A DNA stretch of 49,498 nucleotides. Origin: a bacterium. GTDB lineage: Bacteria; Desulfobacterota; DSWW01. Within the stretch, counting starts at the first letter, position 1, and the number at the start of each line of letters is the position of its first letter. Under the pieces are notes generated by a model. The model was not told the origin of the DNA. It was given only the letters and a program-made list of their open reading frames with translations, and ran no database searches. The position numbers and the translations under genes were made by a program. Positions 17,134-25,566 of this stretch are shown here, piece after piece. The stretch covers positions 1 to 49,498 of the forward strand of contig JBFLZG010000043.1 of the NCBI GenBank assembly GCA_040756235.1. The letters run 5' to 3'.

Positions 17134-17745
17134 TTATCCGCCGGACATTTGGAACAAGACATAGATCAACAAACCAATGGCCCCGGCACCGAAGAGCGAG
17201 CCCACTGCCCAGAGGGCATAGGTCTTCCCTCTTGAGGGGAGGGGCTCGAGCAACAGTTCGGACGGAATCTTCAGAAACCCAAGAACCCGAACAGACTGAA
17301 GCGGGCGTCGGGGGAAGGCGAGCAGCTTGATGTTGCCTCGCACCACCTCCAGGTACGGGTTCGCCTTGCCGGCGAGAATCTTCGAAAGGAGCAGGTAGGA
17401 GCCCTTCAGGTGCAGATCGGGGCTCGGGCTGATTCCGTTCCCGATCTCTATCGCGTTTCCAAGGAAAGACACGGTCGTGGCAATGCCCCTCTCCACCTCT
17501 ACTGAGACACGCCCCCGGAGCCGCTGAGCGGCTTCCCTCTTGTCACCGAATTCATGCAGATTCTGCTCGAGGTACTGGAGCAGCATCATTCCGAGCCCGT
17601 TCAGGGCTTGCCCTTCTGCAGGCCGGACCGAGACTTGGAGTGGAGGATCTTTTGCGGTCTGGCCAGGGCGGTCGGTCTTGTGCGGGCGGTCCGGCAAGAG
17701 GGTTGCGCTGGCATCGAGGTGAGGCGCCCGCGTCTCTCGAGCCAT
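17134..17745 (-). CDS. SCP2-like domain protein with C-terminal membrane anchor
   Basis: PDLHLKGSYLLLSKILAGKANPYLEVVRGNIKL (SCP2-like); C-terminal hydrophobic helix YALWAVGSLFGAGAIGLLIYVLF; SD GGAGG. Confidence 0.6.
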   Translation of the reverse strand: MARETRAPHLDASATLLPDRPHKTDRPGQTAKDPPLQVSVRPAEGQALNGLGMMLLQYLEQNLHEFGDKREAAQRLRGRVSVEVERGIATTVSFLGNAIEIGNGISPSPDLHLKGSYLLLSKILAGKANPYLEVVRGNIKLLAFPRRPLQSVRVLGFLKIPSELLLEPLPSRGKTYALWAVGSLFGAGAIGLLIYVLFQMSGG

Positions 17746-17777
17746 GTGACCGCCTCCCCAGGATGGATAAAACCGAC

Positions 17778-17828
17778 ATGTAATAGATGCTACATTTGAT
17801 TCTCTAGTAAAACTGTATGCAATGTCAA
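17778..17828 (-). promoter_or_regulatory. Putative promoter/operator region of the SCP2-COG1233-ADH-ALDH operon
   Basis: AT-rich. TTGACA on the minus strand at 17828-17823; dyad ATGTA-N8-TACAT at 17778-17795 and a degenerate copy AGTA-N8-TGCA at 17806-17821. Confidence 0.45.
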
Positions 17829-18191
17829 GAAATTTTTTCAGAGAGTTTGGCTCGGAATCAATTGCGCGGACGCCATGCCTGCAATTAGGTACATCATGTC
17901 TGAGAAAAAGCAGCGTAAAAACATGAGCTTCGGCAGCATGAGGTCACAGGCGCATTGCAGTCGAGCTTACCAGGAAGAAGAGGGGGGCAGGCTGCCGGCA
18001 AAGGAAGAGAACTTTGCAGTCCAATATTGAAAGGTAAAGGATATCGCTTATGAAGGGACGGCATAGCGCATGTGCGGCGCTGCGTTCCTGACCAGGGCCG
18101 GTCTCCGGCCTCCTGTTCTGGGAGGCGGGCGTGGCTACGAAAAGACGCAGCACCCTGAGCCGAGAATGCTGCGCGGGCCTGGGGATGGATC

Positions 18192-18644
18192 ATGGCAAAC
18201 GTTCTCCAAGACACCCGGGCTCTGGATTTCGGTCGTGTCGCTGCCATCGCCTATTGCGCGACCCTACTGGCGGACATGGGCGCGGAAGTCATCAGGGTGG
18301 AACGGCCGGGTGGTGAATTCGATCGCAAAATGTGTCCGTTCGCTCCGCATGGCGGCGCCATCATTTACGAGGCGATCACTCCCCCAACACGAAGTCCATC
18401 ACCCTGGACTGTCGTCGTCCCGGCGGGAAGGAGATCCTGGACGAGCTCCTCAGAAAATCGTCTGTTGTCATCATCCAGATTCCCAGCGCAGGGGAATCGG
18501 GTGATGGGTCTGGACTACAATCGCCTGAAGCAGGTCAACGCGGGCATTGTTCTCGTCGCCCTGTCCGGTTGGCCAGGCGGGTCTCACTACGGACCGGCTC
18601 GTCTTCGATGCCATTGCGCAGGCGGAGTCTGGCGCCATGAGCTT
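18192..18644 (+). pseudogene. CaiB/BaiF (family III) CoA-transferase, frameshifted and truncated
   Basis: LLADMGAEVIRVERPGGE, PNTKSITLD, MGLDYNRLKQVN, GQAG...FDAIAQAESGAMS occur in alternating frames (about 3 frameshifts); ends at a transposase junction. Confidence 0.85.
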
Positions 18645-18969
18645 CTGGATGGGGTGTACCTTCCCGGGCTCGAACTGGAGAAGATCGAGTACCATCATCT
18701 GCTCCGGACCATGGACTGGCTGATCGACAAGAAGGAGACCGTCGAGAAAGTAGTCTCGAAGAAGATGCTCTCGCTCTTCGATGGGGAGCCGGATCTGGTC
18801 TTCTATGAACGACAAGCGCAAGGAAGTCTACGAGGAACTGGAGCTGCCCCTGCCGAGGGTGAAGCACCTCGAGTCAGCGGCTCTGTGGTACGAAAGATCA
18901 GACCGCGAATTCGCTATAATAAGTGCTCGAATTACCGATCTTCACGTCCTTGGCACCGTCAAACTCCGG
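18645..18969 (+). mobile_element. IS1634-family transposase remnant (internally deleted) with probable right end
   Basis: LDGVYLPG...IEYHHLLRTMDWL...LSLFDGEPDLVFY is IS1634-like. It jumps to a C-terminal-like segment (KRKEVYEELELPLP); candidate terminal sequence GTCAAACTCCGG at 18958-18969. Confidence 0.65.
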
Positions 18970-19086
18970 CGGTCACACAAGTACTCCCGGTTGAACAAGC
19001 GGTCGGCCATGACGCCGAGGTGATACCCTAGGACAAGGTCTCGGCAATCCTGGGAGCGGGTAAGTCCCGGTGGTGGACTGTCCTCC

Positions 19087-19157
19087 GTCATCAGTTGTCA
19101 GCAGGAGAAAAGGCCCGAAATCCTTCATGGGCGTCTTGGGGCCTGATAACTGATGAC
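19087..19157. repeat. Inverted repeat of CAGTTGT/CTGATAA-type heptamer-like units
   Basis: gtcatcagttgtcag (19087-19101) and ctgataactgatgac (19143-19157), 14/15 complementary; lies downstream of lptG. Confidence 0.7.
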
Positions 19158-19172
19158 TGTAACGACCCTCTT

Positions 19173-20264
19173 CTAAAATGCCGCCTTCTCCTCCAGCCGC
19201 AGCAGCAAGAAAACCCCCAGAGCGCCGAACAGGACGTTGGCCGCCCACGCCGCAACGAAAGGAGGCAGGAGCCCCTGCTGCCCGATGGACAAGGTGATGG
19301 CGAACAGGGTCCAGTAGACGAACCCTACGGCCAGGCTCAAACCGACGCCCAGCGCGAGCCCTCCATGCCGCGGCAGCCGCATGGAGAAAGGAAGGCCCAG
19401 AAAGACCGTGATCACGTTGAGCAGGGGAAACGAGATCCTCTTGTGCAGCTCGACTCGGTAGGGCGTCGGGTCGTATCCCTCGGACTCGATCTTCTGGACG
19501 TACCGGCGCAGAAGGAAGAGCGGCATTCCTTCGGCCTCCTTCTGAATCTCCTGGAAGTCGGCCGGCGTCTCGGAGACCGAGACCGCTTTCTCCGGTGAAG
19601 AGATCATCTCCATTTCTCCGTCGGCCGTAAAAGACCGCTCCACGACGTCGTAGAAGACCCACTTCTGCCCGTCCCATTTTCCCCGGACCGCGTCCAGCCG
19701 ATACGCGAGGTGAAAAGGTCTCGCGATCCTGAGGATGGAGATCCCCTGCAACTCCTTCTTGGCGGGAAGGAAAGAGGCGATGTTGTAGATCCCCTCGTCG
19801 CCCTTGAACCAGATGCGGTTACGGACCGCCAGTCCGCTCGGAGTCTTGCCTTTGATGAGGACCCTGCGGATGTACTCGGAACGCTGGAAGGTCGGAGGCA
19901 CGACGTACTCGTTGAGCAGGAAGGCTGCGAAGCTCACGAGCAGAGATATCGAAGCAAAAGGCGCGGCGATGCGCCACACCGGAATGCCGCTGGTCCGGAA
20001 GGCGAGGATTTCATTGCGTCGGGCCAGGAGACCGACCGTCAGCAGCACGCTGACCAGGACCACCGCGGGCGCGATCTGATAGACCATCAGAGGCACCTTG
20101 TAGACGAGATACAGCAGGACCTCGGCGGCCGTGGCGCCGTACCGCAGGAACTGGTCGATCCGATCGAACAGATCCACCACGAGATACAGGGTCGTGCCTC
20201 CGCCGAGGCAGAGCAGGAACAGTCGGACGAACTCGGCAGCAAGATATCGGCTCAGCAGGGACAA
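19173..20264 (-). CDS. lptG: LPS export ABC transporter permease LptG
   Basis: LSRYLAAEF...DLFDRIDQF, RRNEILAFRTSGIPVWR, ELHKRISFP, GLLPPFVAAWAANVLF. Probable TTG start at 20264 with SD GAGGAGG. Confidence 0.9.
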   Translation of the reverse strand: MSLLSRYLAAEFVRLFLLCLGGGTTLYLVVDLFDRIDQFLRYGATAAEVLLYLVYKVPLMVYQIAPAVVLVSVLLTVGLLARRNEILAFRTSGIPVWRIAAPFASISLLVSFAAFLLNEYVVPPTFQRSEYIRRVLIKGKTPSGLAVRNRIWFKGDEGIYNIASFLPAKKELQGISILRIARPFHLAYRLDAVRGKWDGQKWVFYDVVERSFTADGEMEMISSPEKAVSVSETPADFQEIQKEAEGMPLFLLRRYVQKIESEGYDPTPYRVELHKRISFPLLNVITVFLGLPFSMRLPRHGGLALGVGLSLAVGFVYWTLFAITLSIGQQGLLPPFVAAWAANVLFGALGVFLLLRLEEKAAF

Positions 20265-20281
20265 TCCGGGCGCCTCCTCGA

Positions 20282-20306
20282 GAGGCTGTCGATAAACGGC
20301 CATCTG
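20282..20306 (+). repeat. Truncated MITE-like end fragment
   Basis: gaggctgtcgataaacggccatctg is identical to 36237-36261 and similar to the left end of the MITE at 42276. Confidence 0.65.
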
Positions 20307-20313
20307 ACAGCCA

Positions 20314-20385
20314 GGGTAAAGGACAAAGGGTAAAGGTGGAGGTTTCGCTCTGCAATCACCTCTTACCTTTCACCTTTCACCTTCC
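20314..20385. repeat. Heptamer tandem-repeat hairpin (GGGTAAA / ACCTTTC units)
   Basis: gggtaaa-ggacaaa-gggtaaa-ggtggag followed by acctctt-acctttc-acctttc-accttcc. Confidence 0.65.
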
Positions 20386-20463
20386 AACCATCGGGCCATG
20401 TATCACCAGCCTCTCAAGCGGGTGTTTCTCGAGACCTCCCGATGGAGCAAGACGACCGAGCGC

Positions 20464-21675
20464 TCACTCACTGTATTGGTTTGGCTCCCCTTCTTTTTTC
20501 CTCCCCAGGAGCCTGCGCACACCCTCCTCGAGGGACTGGACGCCCTCGACCGCTTTCTCGAGGACACGCAGAGGCTTCTCCTGGGCTTGCCTCACCAGCA
20601 GGAACGCGCCCGCCGCCCCCAGAGCCAGGTTGGGCAGCCACGCGCCCACGAAAGCAGGGGCCCCGGCAGCCTGAACGAGGCCGATGCCAGCCTTCATGAG
20701 AATGAAATAAGCCAGCACCACGACGATGCTGAGCGTGAATCCGGTGTAGCGGCCGCTCCGATGAGAGAACAGGGAAAGCGGCACGCCCAGGGTACAGAAC
20801 ACGAGGGCGCCGAAAGGGAGGGCGATCCGCTCGTGGTACTTGATCCAGTACTTGGAGGCGTCCTGCCCGCGCGCCGCACGGGCCCGCGCCTCGTCCGCCA
20901 GCTCGCTCAGCGTGAGCTCCTCGGACTCGAGCTTGCGCTCGACCCCAGCTCTTCCCACGGCGCCGAGATCGATCCGCACCCGGTAGGTGTCGAACCGGGC
21001 GATCTGGTAAACCTCTTTCGAGGAGAGATTGCGGTGGAGGGTCCCGTCCTCGAGCAGAAGGGTCATCTTGCCCTCGAGCTCGCCCGCGATGCGGCCCTTC
21101 TCCGCGAAGTAGTAGATCGGACCGTCGGGGAAGTGCTCGTCCGAGATGAAGATGCCTTCGAGACTCTTCTGCTCGACGTCCAGGTGCTCGATATAGATGA
21201 CGAAACCGGGGAACTCGTCGAAAAAGACCCGCTCGCGCAGGCCGAAGAAGATGTTCTTGCTGGCCACGGAAACGACCATGGACTGGAAGGCCCGCATGGA
21301 TTGGGGCACGGCCCAGGTCGTCAGGAACAGACAGGCCGCGCAGACGACGGCGCCGAAGAGGTAAACCGGCGGCAAGAGCTGGTAGAGGCCGATGCCGCAC
21401 GACTTCAGGGCGTCCAGCTCGCGGTCCCCGTTGATGCGGCTGAAGGTCAGGAGCACGCTCAACAGCAGAGCCGTCGGCAGCGTCAGCACCAGGAAATTCG
21501 GCAGCAGCGCTCCGAACATCCTGAGCACGTCCTGGAGCGGCACTCCCTTCTGGACGATCCACTCCACGATCCGCATGATCTTGTCCATGAGGAGGACGAA
21601 GGTGAAGACCAGCAGCCCCACTGCGAAGGAGGGGACGAGCTCTTTCAGCACGTAGCGGTGCAAGAGCAGCGACAT
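20464..21675 (-). CDS. lptF: LPS export ABC transporter permease LptF
   Basis: MSLLLHRYVLKELVPSF, SRINGDRELDALKSCGI, YHERIALPF, AWLPNL; adjacent to lptG. Confidence 0.9.
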   Translation of the reverse strand: MSLLLHRYVLKELVPSFAVGLLVFTFVLLMDKIMRIVEWIVQKGVPLQDVLRMFGALLPNFLVLTLPTALLLSVLLTFSRINGDRELDALKSCGIGLYQLLPPVYLFGAVVCAACLFLTTWAVPQSMRAFQSMVVSVASKNIFFGLRERVFFDEFPGFVIYIEHLDVEQKSLEGIFISDEHFPDGPIYYFAEKGRIAGELEGKMTLLLEDGTLHRNLSSKEVYQIARFDTYRVRIDLGAVGRAGVERKLESEELTLSELADEARARAARGQDASKYWIKYHERIALPFGALVFCTLGVPLSLFSHRSGRYTGFTLSIVVVLAYFILMKAGIGLVQAAGAPAFVGAWLPNLALGAAGAFLLVRQAQEKPLRVLEKAVEGVQSLEEGVRRLLGRKKEGEPNQYSE

Positions 21676-21732
21676 GACACCCTTTCGCCCGGACGGTGCC
21701 GATCCAGATGCTTTTCGGCACCTCCCCCAGGG

Positions 21733-21758
21733 GTAGGGGGCAGGTTTCAAACCTGCCC
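21733..21758. repeat. GTAG-type REP-like palindrome
   Basis: gtagggggcaggtttcaaacctgccc hairpin; a partial copy gtaggggcaggtttt lies at ~43735. Confidence 0.6.
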
Positions 21759-21766
21759 GCCCCGTT

Positions 21767-22873
21767 TCAACCCCGCCCGCACCGGCAGATGTCCCGGTAA
21801 TAGGCGAGGGTTCCCTCAGCCGCTTTGCGCCACGAAAACTCCCGGGCTCGTGCGCGGCCCGCGCGCTGCAGTCTCTCCCGGCTGCCGGCATCTTCCAGGA
21901 CCTCGAGGAGCGCTGCGCGAATCCGGCCGGTGTCGCACGGGTCCACGAGCAAGGCCGCATCTCCCGCAACCTCGGGCAGCGAGCCGGTCGTGGCGGCAAC
22001 GACCGGCGTGCCGCAGGCCATGGCCTCCAGCACCGGCAGTCCGAACCCCTCGTACAGGGTCACGAAACAGAAGGCGCGTGCCTGGGAATAGAGGCAGGGC
22101 AGGACCTCGGGCGGCACGTACCCGATCCAGCGGACGCGGTCGCGCAGGTCGGGGCTCCCGATCTGCTCCAGCAAAGGCTCGGCCCCGTGACCCGTCTCGC
22201 CGCCGATCACGAATTTCACCCCGCGGCACGACTTCGGGTCCAGACCGGAGAAGGCGTCGAGCATGCGGCTCACGTTCTTGCGATAGGAAAGGCCGCCCAG
22301 GAACAGCACGTAAGGCCCGGCGAGCCCGTAGTGCTCCAGGACGTCCGCGCAATGCGCCCGATCCAGCGGACGGAACCGCTCTTCCACCCCTTCATGGATC
22401 ACTCGGATCTTGCGCTCGGGAACGCCGAAGTGCTCCTGCAGGTCCCGGCCCGTGTGCCGGGAGACGGCCAGGATCCAGTCCGCCTGGCGGCACACCTGTT
22501 CGTACCGACGCAGGATCTTGTCTCGGTGGCGCGCTGTCCCGAACTCCGGATGGAGGATGAGACCGATGTCGTGGAAGGTGGCCAGCGTCTGCGAGCCATT
22601 CCCTTGCGAAATCCTGGCGTCGAGCCCGTGAAAGACATCGACGTCGCGAGGCAGCCGCAAGCCGGGCCAATCGTGAAAAAGCCGGACCCGGAAGTTCGGC
22701 TGGCGAGGTCGGACGAATCGGTCCCTGTACTTGATCCGGGACAGACGATAGCCCACGCAATAAGCATTCTCCGCATCCAGGGCCGCCAGGTGCCGGATGA
22801 GATTTCTTGCATACGCGGCCACACCGGTCGGCTGCGGTCTCGCCGCGCAGGACGCGTCCAGAGCAATCTTCAA
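21767..22873 (-). CDS. GT4 (GT-B) glycosyltransferase, LPS-related
   Basis: KIALDA...TGVAAYARNL, TFHD, RKNV, YEGFGLPVLEAMACGTPVV, FSW. TTG start overlaps the upstream stop. Confidence 0.9.
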   Translation of the reverse strand: MKIALDASCAARPQPTGVAAYARNLIRHLAALDAENAYCVGYRLSRIKYRDRFVRPRQPNFRVRLFHDWPGLRLPRDVDVFHGLDARISQGNGSQTLATFHDIGLILHPEFGTARHRDKILRRYEQVCRQADWILAVSRHTGRDLQEHFGVPERKIRVIHEGVEERFRPLDRAHCADVLEHYGLAGPYVLFLGGLSYRKNVSRMLDAFSGLDPKSCRGVKFVIGGETGHGAEPLLEQIGSPDLRDRVRWIGYVPPEVLPCLYSQARAFCFVTLYEGFGLPVLEAMACGTPVVAATTGSLPEVAGDAALLVDPCDTGRIRAALLEVLEDAGSRERLQRAGRARAREFSWRKAAEGTLAYYRDICRCGRG

Positions 22874-23688
22874 CCCGGGGAACTCCTCTCGTCGCCCTCG
22901 CCATCTGTACCCGCGCCTGCACGCGCTCGCCGCAGGCGACGCAACTCGTACAGCTTCGCATACTTGACGAATTCGTGGAACCCGGAGAGAACGCACGCCA
23001 CGAACCCGGGCAGACCGTCCAGGAAACCCCTTTTCAGGACGTAAAGCTTCAGGAACATCACGAGCGGACTCCCGAGCAGACGATGCAGGGGGAAGGGATC
23101 GCCCTTGCCCCGCCGCAGGAGCTGATGCGCCCCCAGGGTCGTGTATCTCTGAATGATTTCGACGTGATCCGCGATGGTCGGGAAGGAATCGTGGAACAGC
23201 GGGTGGCGGAGCTTGGCCGACGGGCCGTCGAGCAGGACGATCTCGTGGACCTCCTCGTCCTTCCATCGCCCCCGGTCCTTGCGGAAGAGCCTCACTTTGT
23301 AGTCCGGGTACCAGCAGTGGCGCAGGAAACGCCCCTGGTAGCACGTCAGGCGAGGAATCTGGAAGCCGGCCGTCGGCGTTTCCTCTGCCAGCACCTCCTG
23401 GATCTCCCTTGCCAGCGCGGGGCTCACCGACTCGTCCGCGTCCAGACAGAGCACCCAGGGGCCGGTTGCATGTTCCAGAGCGATGTTCTTCTGCTTCCCG
23501 AAGCCCTGCCAGGGGTGCTGGTAGATGCGGCTGGTGAACCGCCGGGCCACCTCCAGGGTCCGGTCCGTCGAATAGGAATCCACCAGGATGATCTCGCCGG
23601 CCCAGCTCACGGAGGAGAGGCATTTGCCCAGGACCGCTTCCTCGTTGTAGGATAGGACGACAACGGAAAGCTTTTGCATGGCTCGCAT
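22870..23688 (-). CDS. GT2 glycosyltransferase (WaaE/KdtX-like)
   Basis: LSVVVLSYNEE, VDSYSTDRT, WQGFGKQKN, LDADE, WYPDY..RLF, GFLDG..GF. Confidence 0.9.
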   Translation of the reverse strand: MRAMQKLSVVVLSYNEEAVLGKCLSSVSWAGEIILVDSYSTDRTLEVARRFTSRIYQHPWQGFGKQKNIALEHATGPWVLCLDADESVSPALAREIQEVLAEETPTAGFQIPRLTCYQGRFLRHCWYPDYKVRLFRKDRGRWKDEEVHEIVLLDGPSAKLRHPLFHDSFPTIADHVEIIQRYTTLGAHQLLRRGKGDPFPLHRLLGSPLVMFLKLYVLKRGFLDGLPGFVACVLSGFHEFVKYAKLYELRRLRRARAGAGTDGEGDERSSPG

Positions 23689-23787
23689 TCCCTCCGAGAG
23701 CCCGCGCCACGTCGCGCCCGGACCGACCCATCCGAAGGACAGATGTCACCTCTCGCGACCCTGGGACCGGAGTCTACATCCGGGAGC

Positions 23788-24933
23788 ATGATCCGGCAAC
23801 AGGATGAGCCTCTTCTCCGCACGGAAGGAGGCCGACAGGACGCGCGCCGGATCCTCGTGATCCGGACGGACCGGCTGGGCGATCTGATCCTTTCCTTTCC
23901 GGTCATCGAGGCCCTTCGGGCGGCCTACCCACGGGCCGAGATCGACCTCCTGGTCAGCGCGTACGCGGCGCCTCTGGCCAGACTCCAGCGCTCGGTCCGC
24001 GAAGTCGGGGTCGACGGCTTTCCGGGTGTGCGCGGCGTGCCGGACCTCGTGCGATGGCTGAACCTGCGCTCGTACGATGTGGCCCTTCATCTGTACCCGC
24101 GGCCCAGGCTGGCCCTTTCCACCTTTCTCGCCCGGATCCCGATCCGGATCGGAACCCGCTACCGCTTCTATTCGTCTCTTTTCAACCTCAGGGTCCCCTT
24201 GCACCGCAAAGACTCTGGCATGCACGAAAGGGACCTGAACCTCCTCCTTCTCCGGCCCCTGGGACTTTCCGTAACCGGAGCGACCCTGGAAGCGGGGATC
24301 CGTGTGCCCGAGCCGGCCCGGGCCGAGATCCGGGGCCTTCTCCGGCAAGAAGGGCTCGATGCCGGCAGGCCGCTGATCGCGCTGCACCCCGGCTCCGGCG
24401 GCTCTTCCCTCAACTGGCCTCTCGAATCTTTCGGCCGTCTGGCCAAGCTGCTCTGTGGCGAAGGGTTTGCGGTCCTCGTCACGGGGACAGAAGAGGAGCG
24501 GGAGTCCGTCCGTACCGTTGTCGCCGCCGCAGAGGGCAAGCCGATCGACCTGGCGGGCAGGCTCGATCTGGTGAGGCTGGCCGCTCTGCTGGAGTGCGCG
24601 GATCTGGTGGTCACGAACTCAACCGGGCCGCTCCACCTCGCCGATGCGCTGGGAACCCGGGTCCTGGGCCTGTTCAGCCCGTTCCGCTCCGCCCTGCCCG
24701 ACCGCTGGGGCCCTTACAGCCAGCCGGCTCACGTGCTCCTGCCACCCGGGGCCCCCTGCGACCGGTGCAGATCGGACAGCTGTGCGGATGCCAGCTGCAT
24801 GGAAAGGATTCGGCCGGAAGAGGTCATGCGGAAGATCCACGAGATCCTGGCCGGCAGGCGGGACGGACCGTCCGCGCAGGCACCGGGGCAAGATCCGTCG
24901 AAGGACGGAAGGGGGGAGCCGACGCCTCCGTGA
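23788..24933 (+). CDS. GT9 LPS heptosyltransferase-family protein
   Basis: RILVIRTDRLGDLILSFP, HPGSGGS..NWP, NSTGPLHLADALG, WGP; start uncertain. Confidence 0.9.
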   Translation: MIRQQDEPLLRTEGGRQDARRILVIRTDRLGDLILSFPVIEALRAAYPRAEIDLLVSAYAAPLARLQRSVREVGVDGFPGVRGVPDLVRWLNLRSYDVALHLYPRPRLALSTFLARIPIRIGTRYRFYSSLFNLRVPLHRKDSGMHERDLNLLLLRPLGLSVTGATLEAGIRVPEPARAEIRGLLRQEGLDAGRPLIALHPGSGGSSLNWPLESFGRLAKLLCGEGFAVLVTGTEEERESVRTVVAAAEGKPIDLAGRLDLVRLAALLECADLVVTNSTGPLHLADALGTRVLGLFSPFRSALPDRWGPYSQPAHVLLPPGAPCDRCRSDSCADASCMERIRPEEVMRKIHEILAGRRDGPSAQAPGQDPSKDGRGEPTPP

Positions 24934-24949
24934 CCTCCGCGTTCCCGGG

Positions 24950-25429
24950 TCACTCGAAGGCGTGCATGTGTCTTCCCCCGTCCCAGAGGAGGAAAAAGTC
25001 CTTGAGTATCTTGTTTCTCTGGTAGATCTCGCGCGAGTGCAGGGTCTTCGTGATGATGTCGGTCAGCTGATCGAACTCCTCGCGCATCTCCCGCAACGTC
25101 ACCTCGAGGATGAACTCGGTGCTGGGGAAAGGATACTCCTGCTCGACCATGTGCTCGGTTTCCACCAGGATGTTCGCGCTGTGCATCAGGGCAGCCACCT
25201 TCGAGCGCAGAGCGATCTCGTACTCGTTGGCCAGGAGCCGCTGGGTCGTATCCTCGGCCCTCTTGAACAGCTCGTCCCAGCAGTACTTCGCCGCCCTGAG
25301 CTCCGCGGCCACGATCTGAAAGAGACCTTCGTACTCGATCTCGGACTTCATGCGGCTCTGGGCGCTCAGGATATCGGCAAACATGTCCTTGATGTAATGA
25401 TCGATGTTCTGTTTGACGTGCAGCTTCAT
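24950..25429 (-). CDS. Hypothetical helical protein (159 aa)
   Basis: Protein-like composition and a near-consensus promoter upstream; no family recognised. Confidence 0.75.
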   Translation of the reverse strand: MKLHVKQNIDHYIKDMFADILSAQSRMKSEIEYEGLFQIVAAELRAAKYCWDELFKRAEDTTQRLLANEYEIALRSKVAALMHSANILVETEHMVEQEYPFPSTEFILEVTLREMREEFDQLTDIITKTLHSREIYQRNKILKDFFLLWDGGRHMHAFE

Positions 25430-25500
25430 GGGAGAACTCAGCTCTGGGAGCCCGTGGCGACGGGCCCTGCAACGGCTGCCCCCGCACCCGGTATCCGTAC

Positions 25501-25529
25501 ATCATAGGGTAAGGACGGTTGGGTGTCAA
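25501..25529 (-). promoter_or_regulatory. Sigma70 promoter for the hypothetical gene
   Basis: TTGACA (25529-25524), 17-nt spacer, TATGAT (25506-25501). Confidence 0.7.
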
Positions 25530-25566
25530 GGCGGAAGGACCTGTATTTTATAAGAAAACCAACAAG

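Noticed and set aside
20265..20303. lptG start at ATG 20303 (MAVYRQPL...)
   Set aside because: This ATG lies inside the repeated MITE fragment; TTG 20264 has a proper SD and fits LptG homology.
22874..23749. 660-aa GT4 ORF as a large fusion
   Set aside because: The upstream part overlaps the GT2 gene in another frame; GT4 starts at the TTG at 22873 with an SD.
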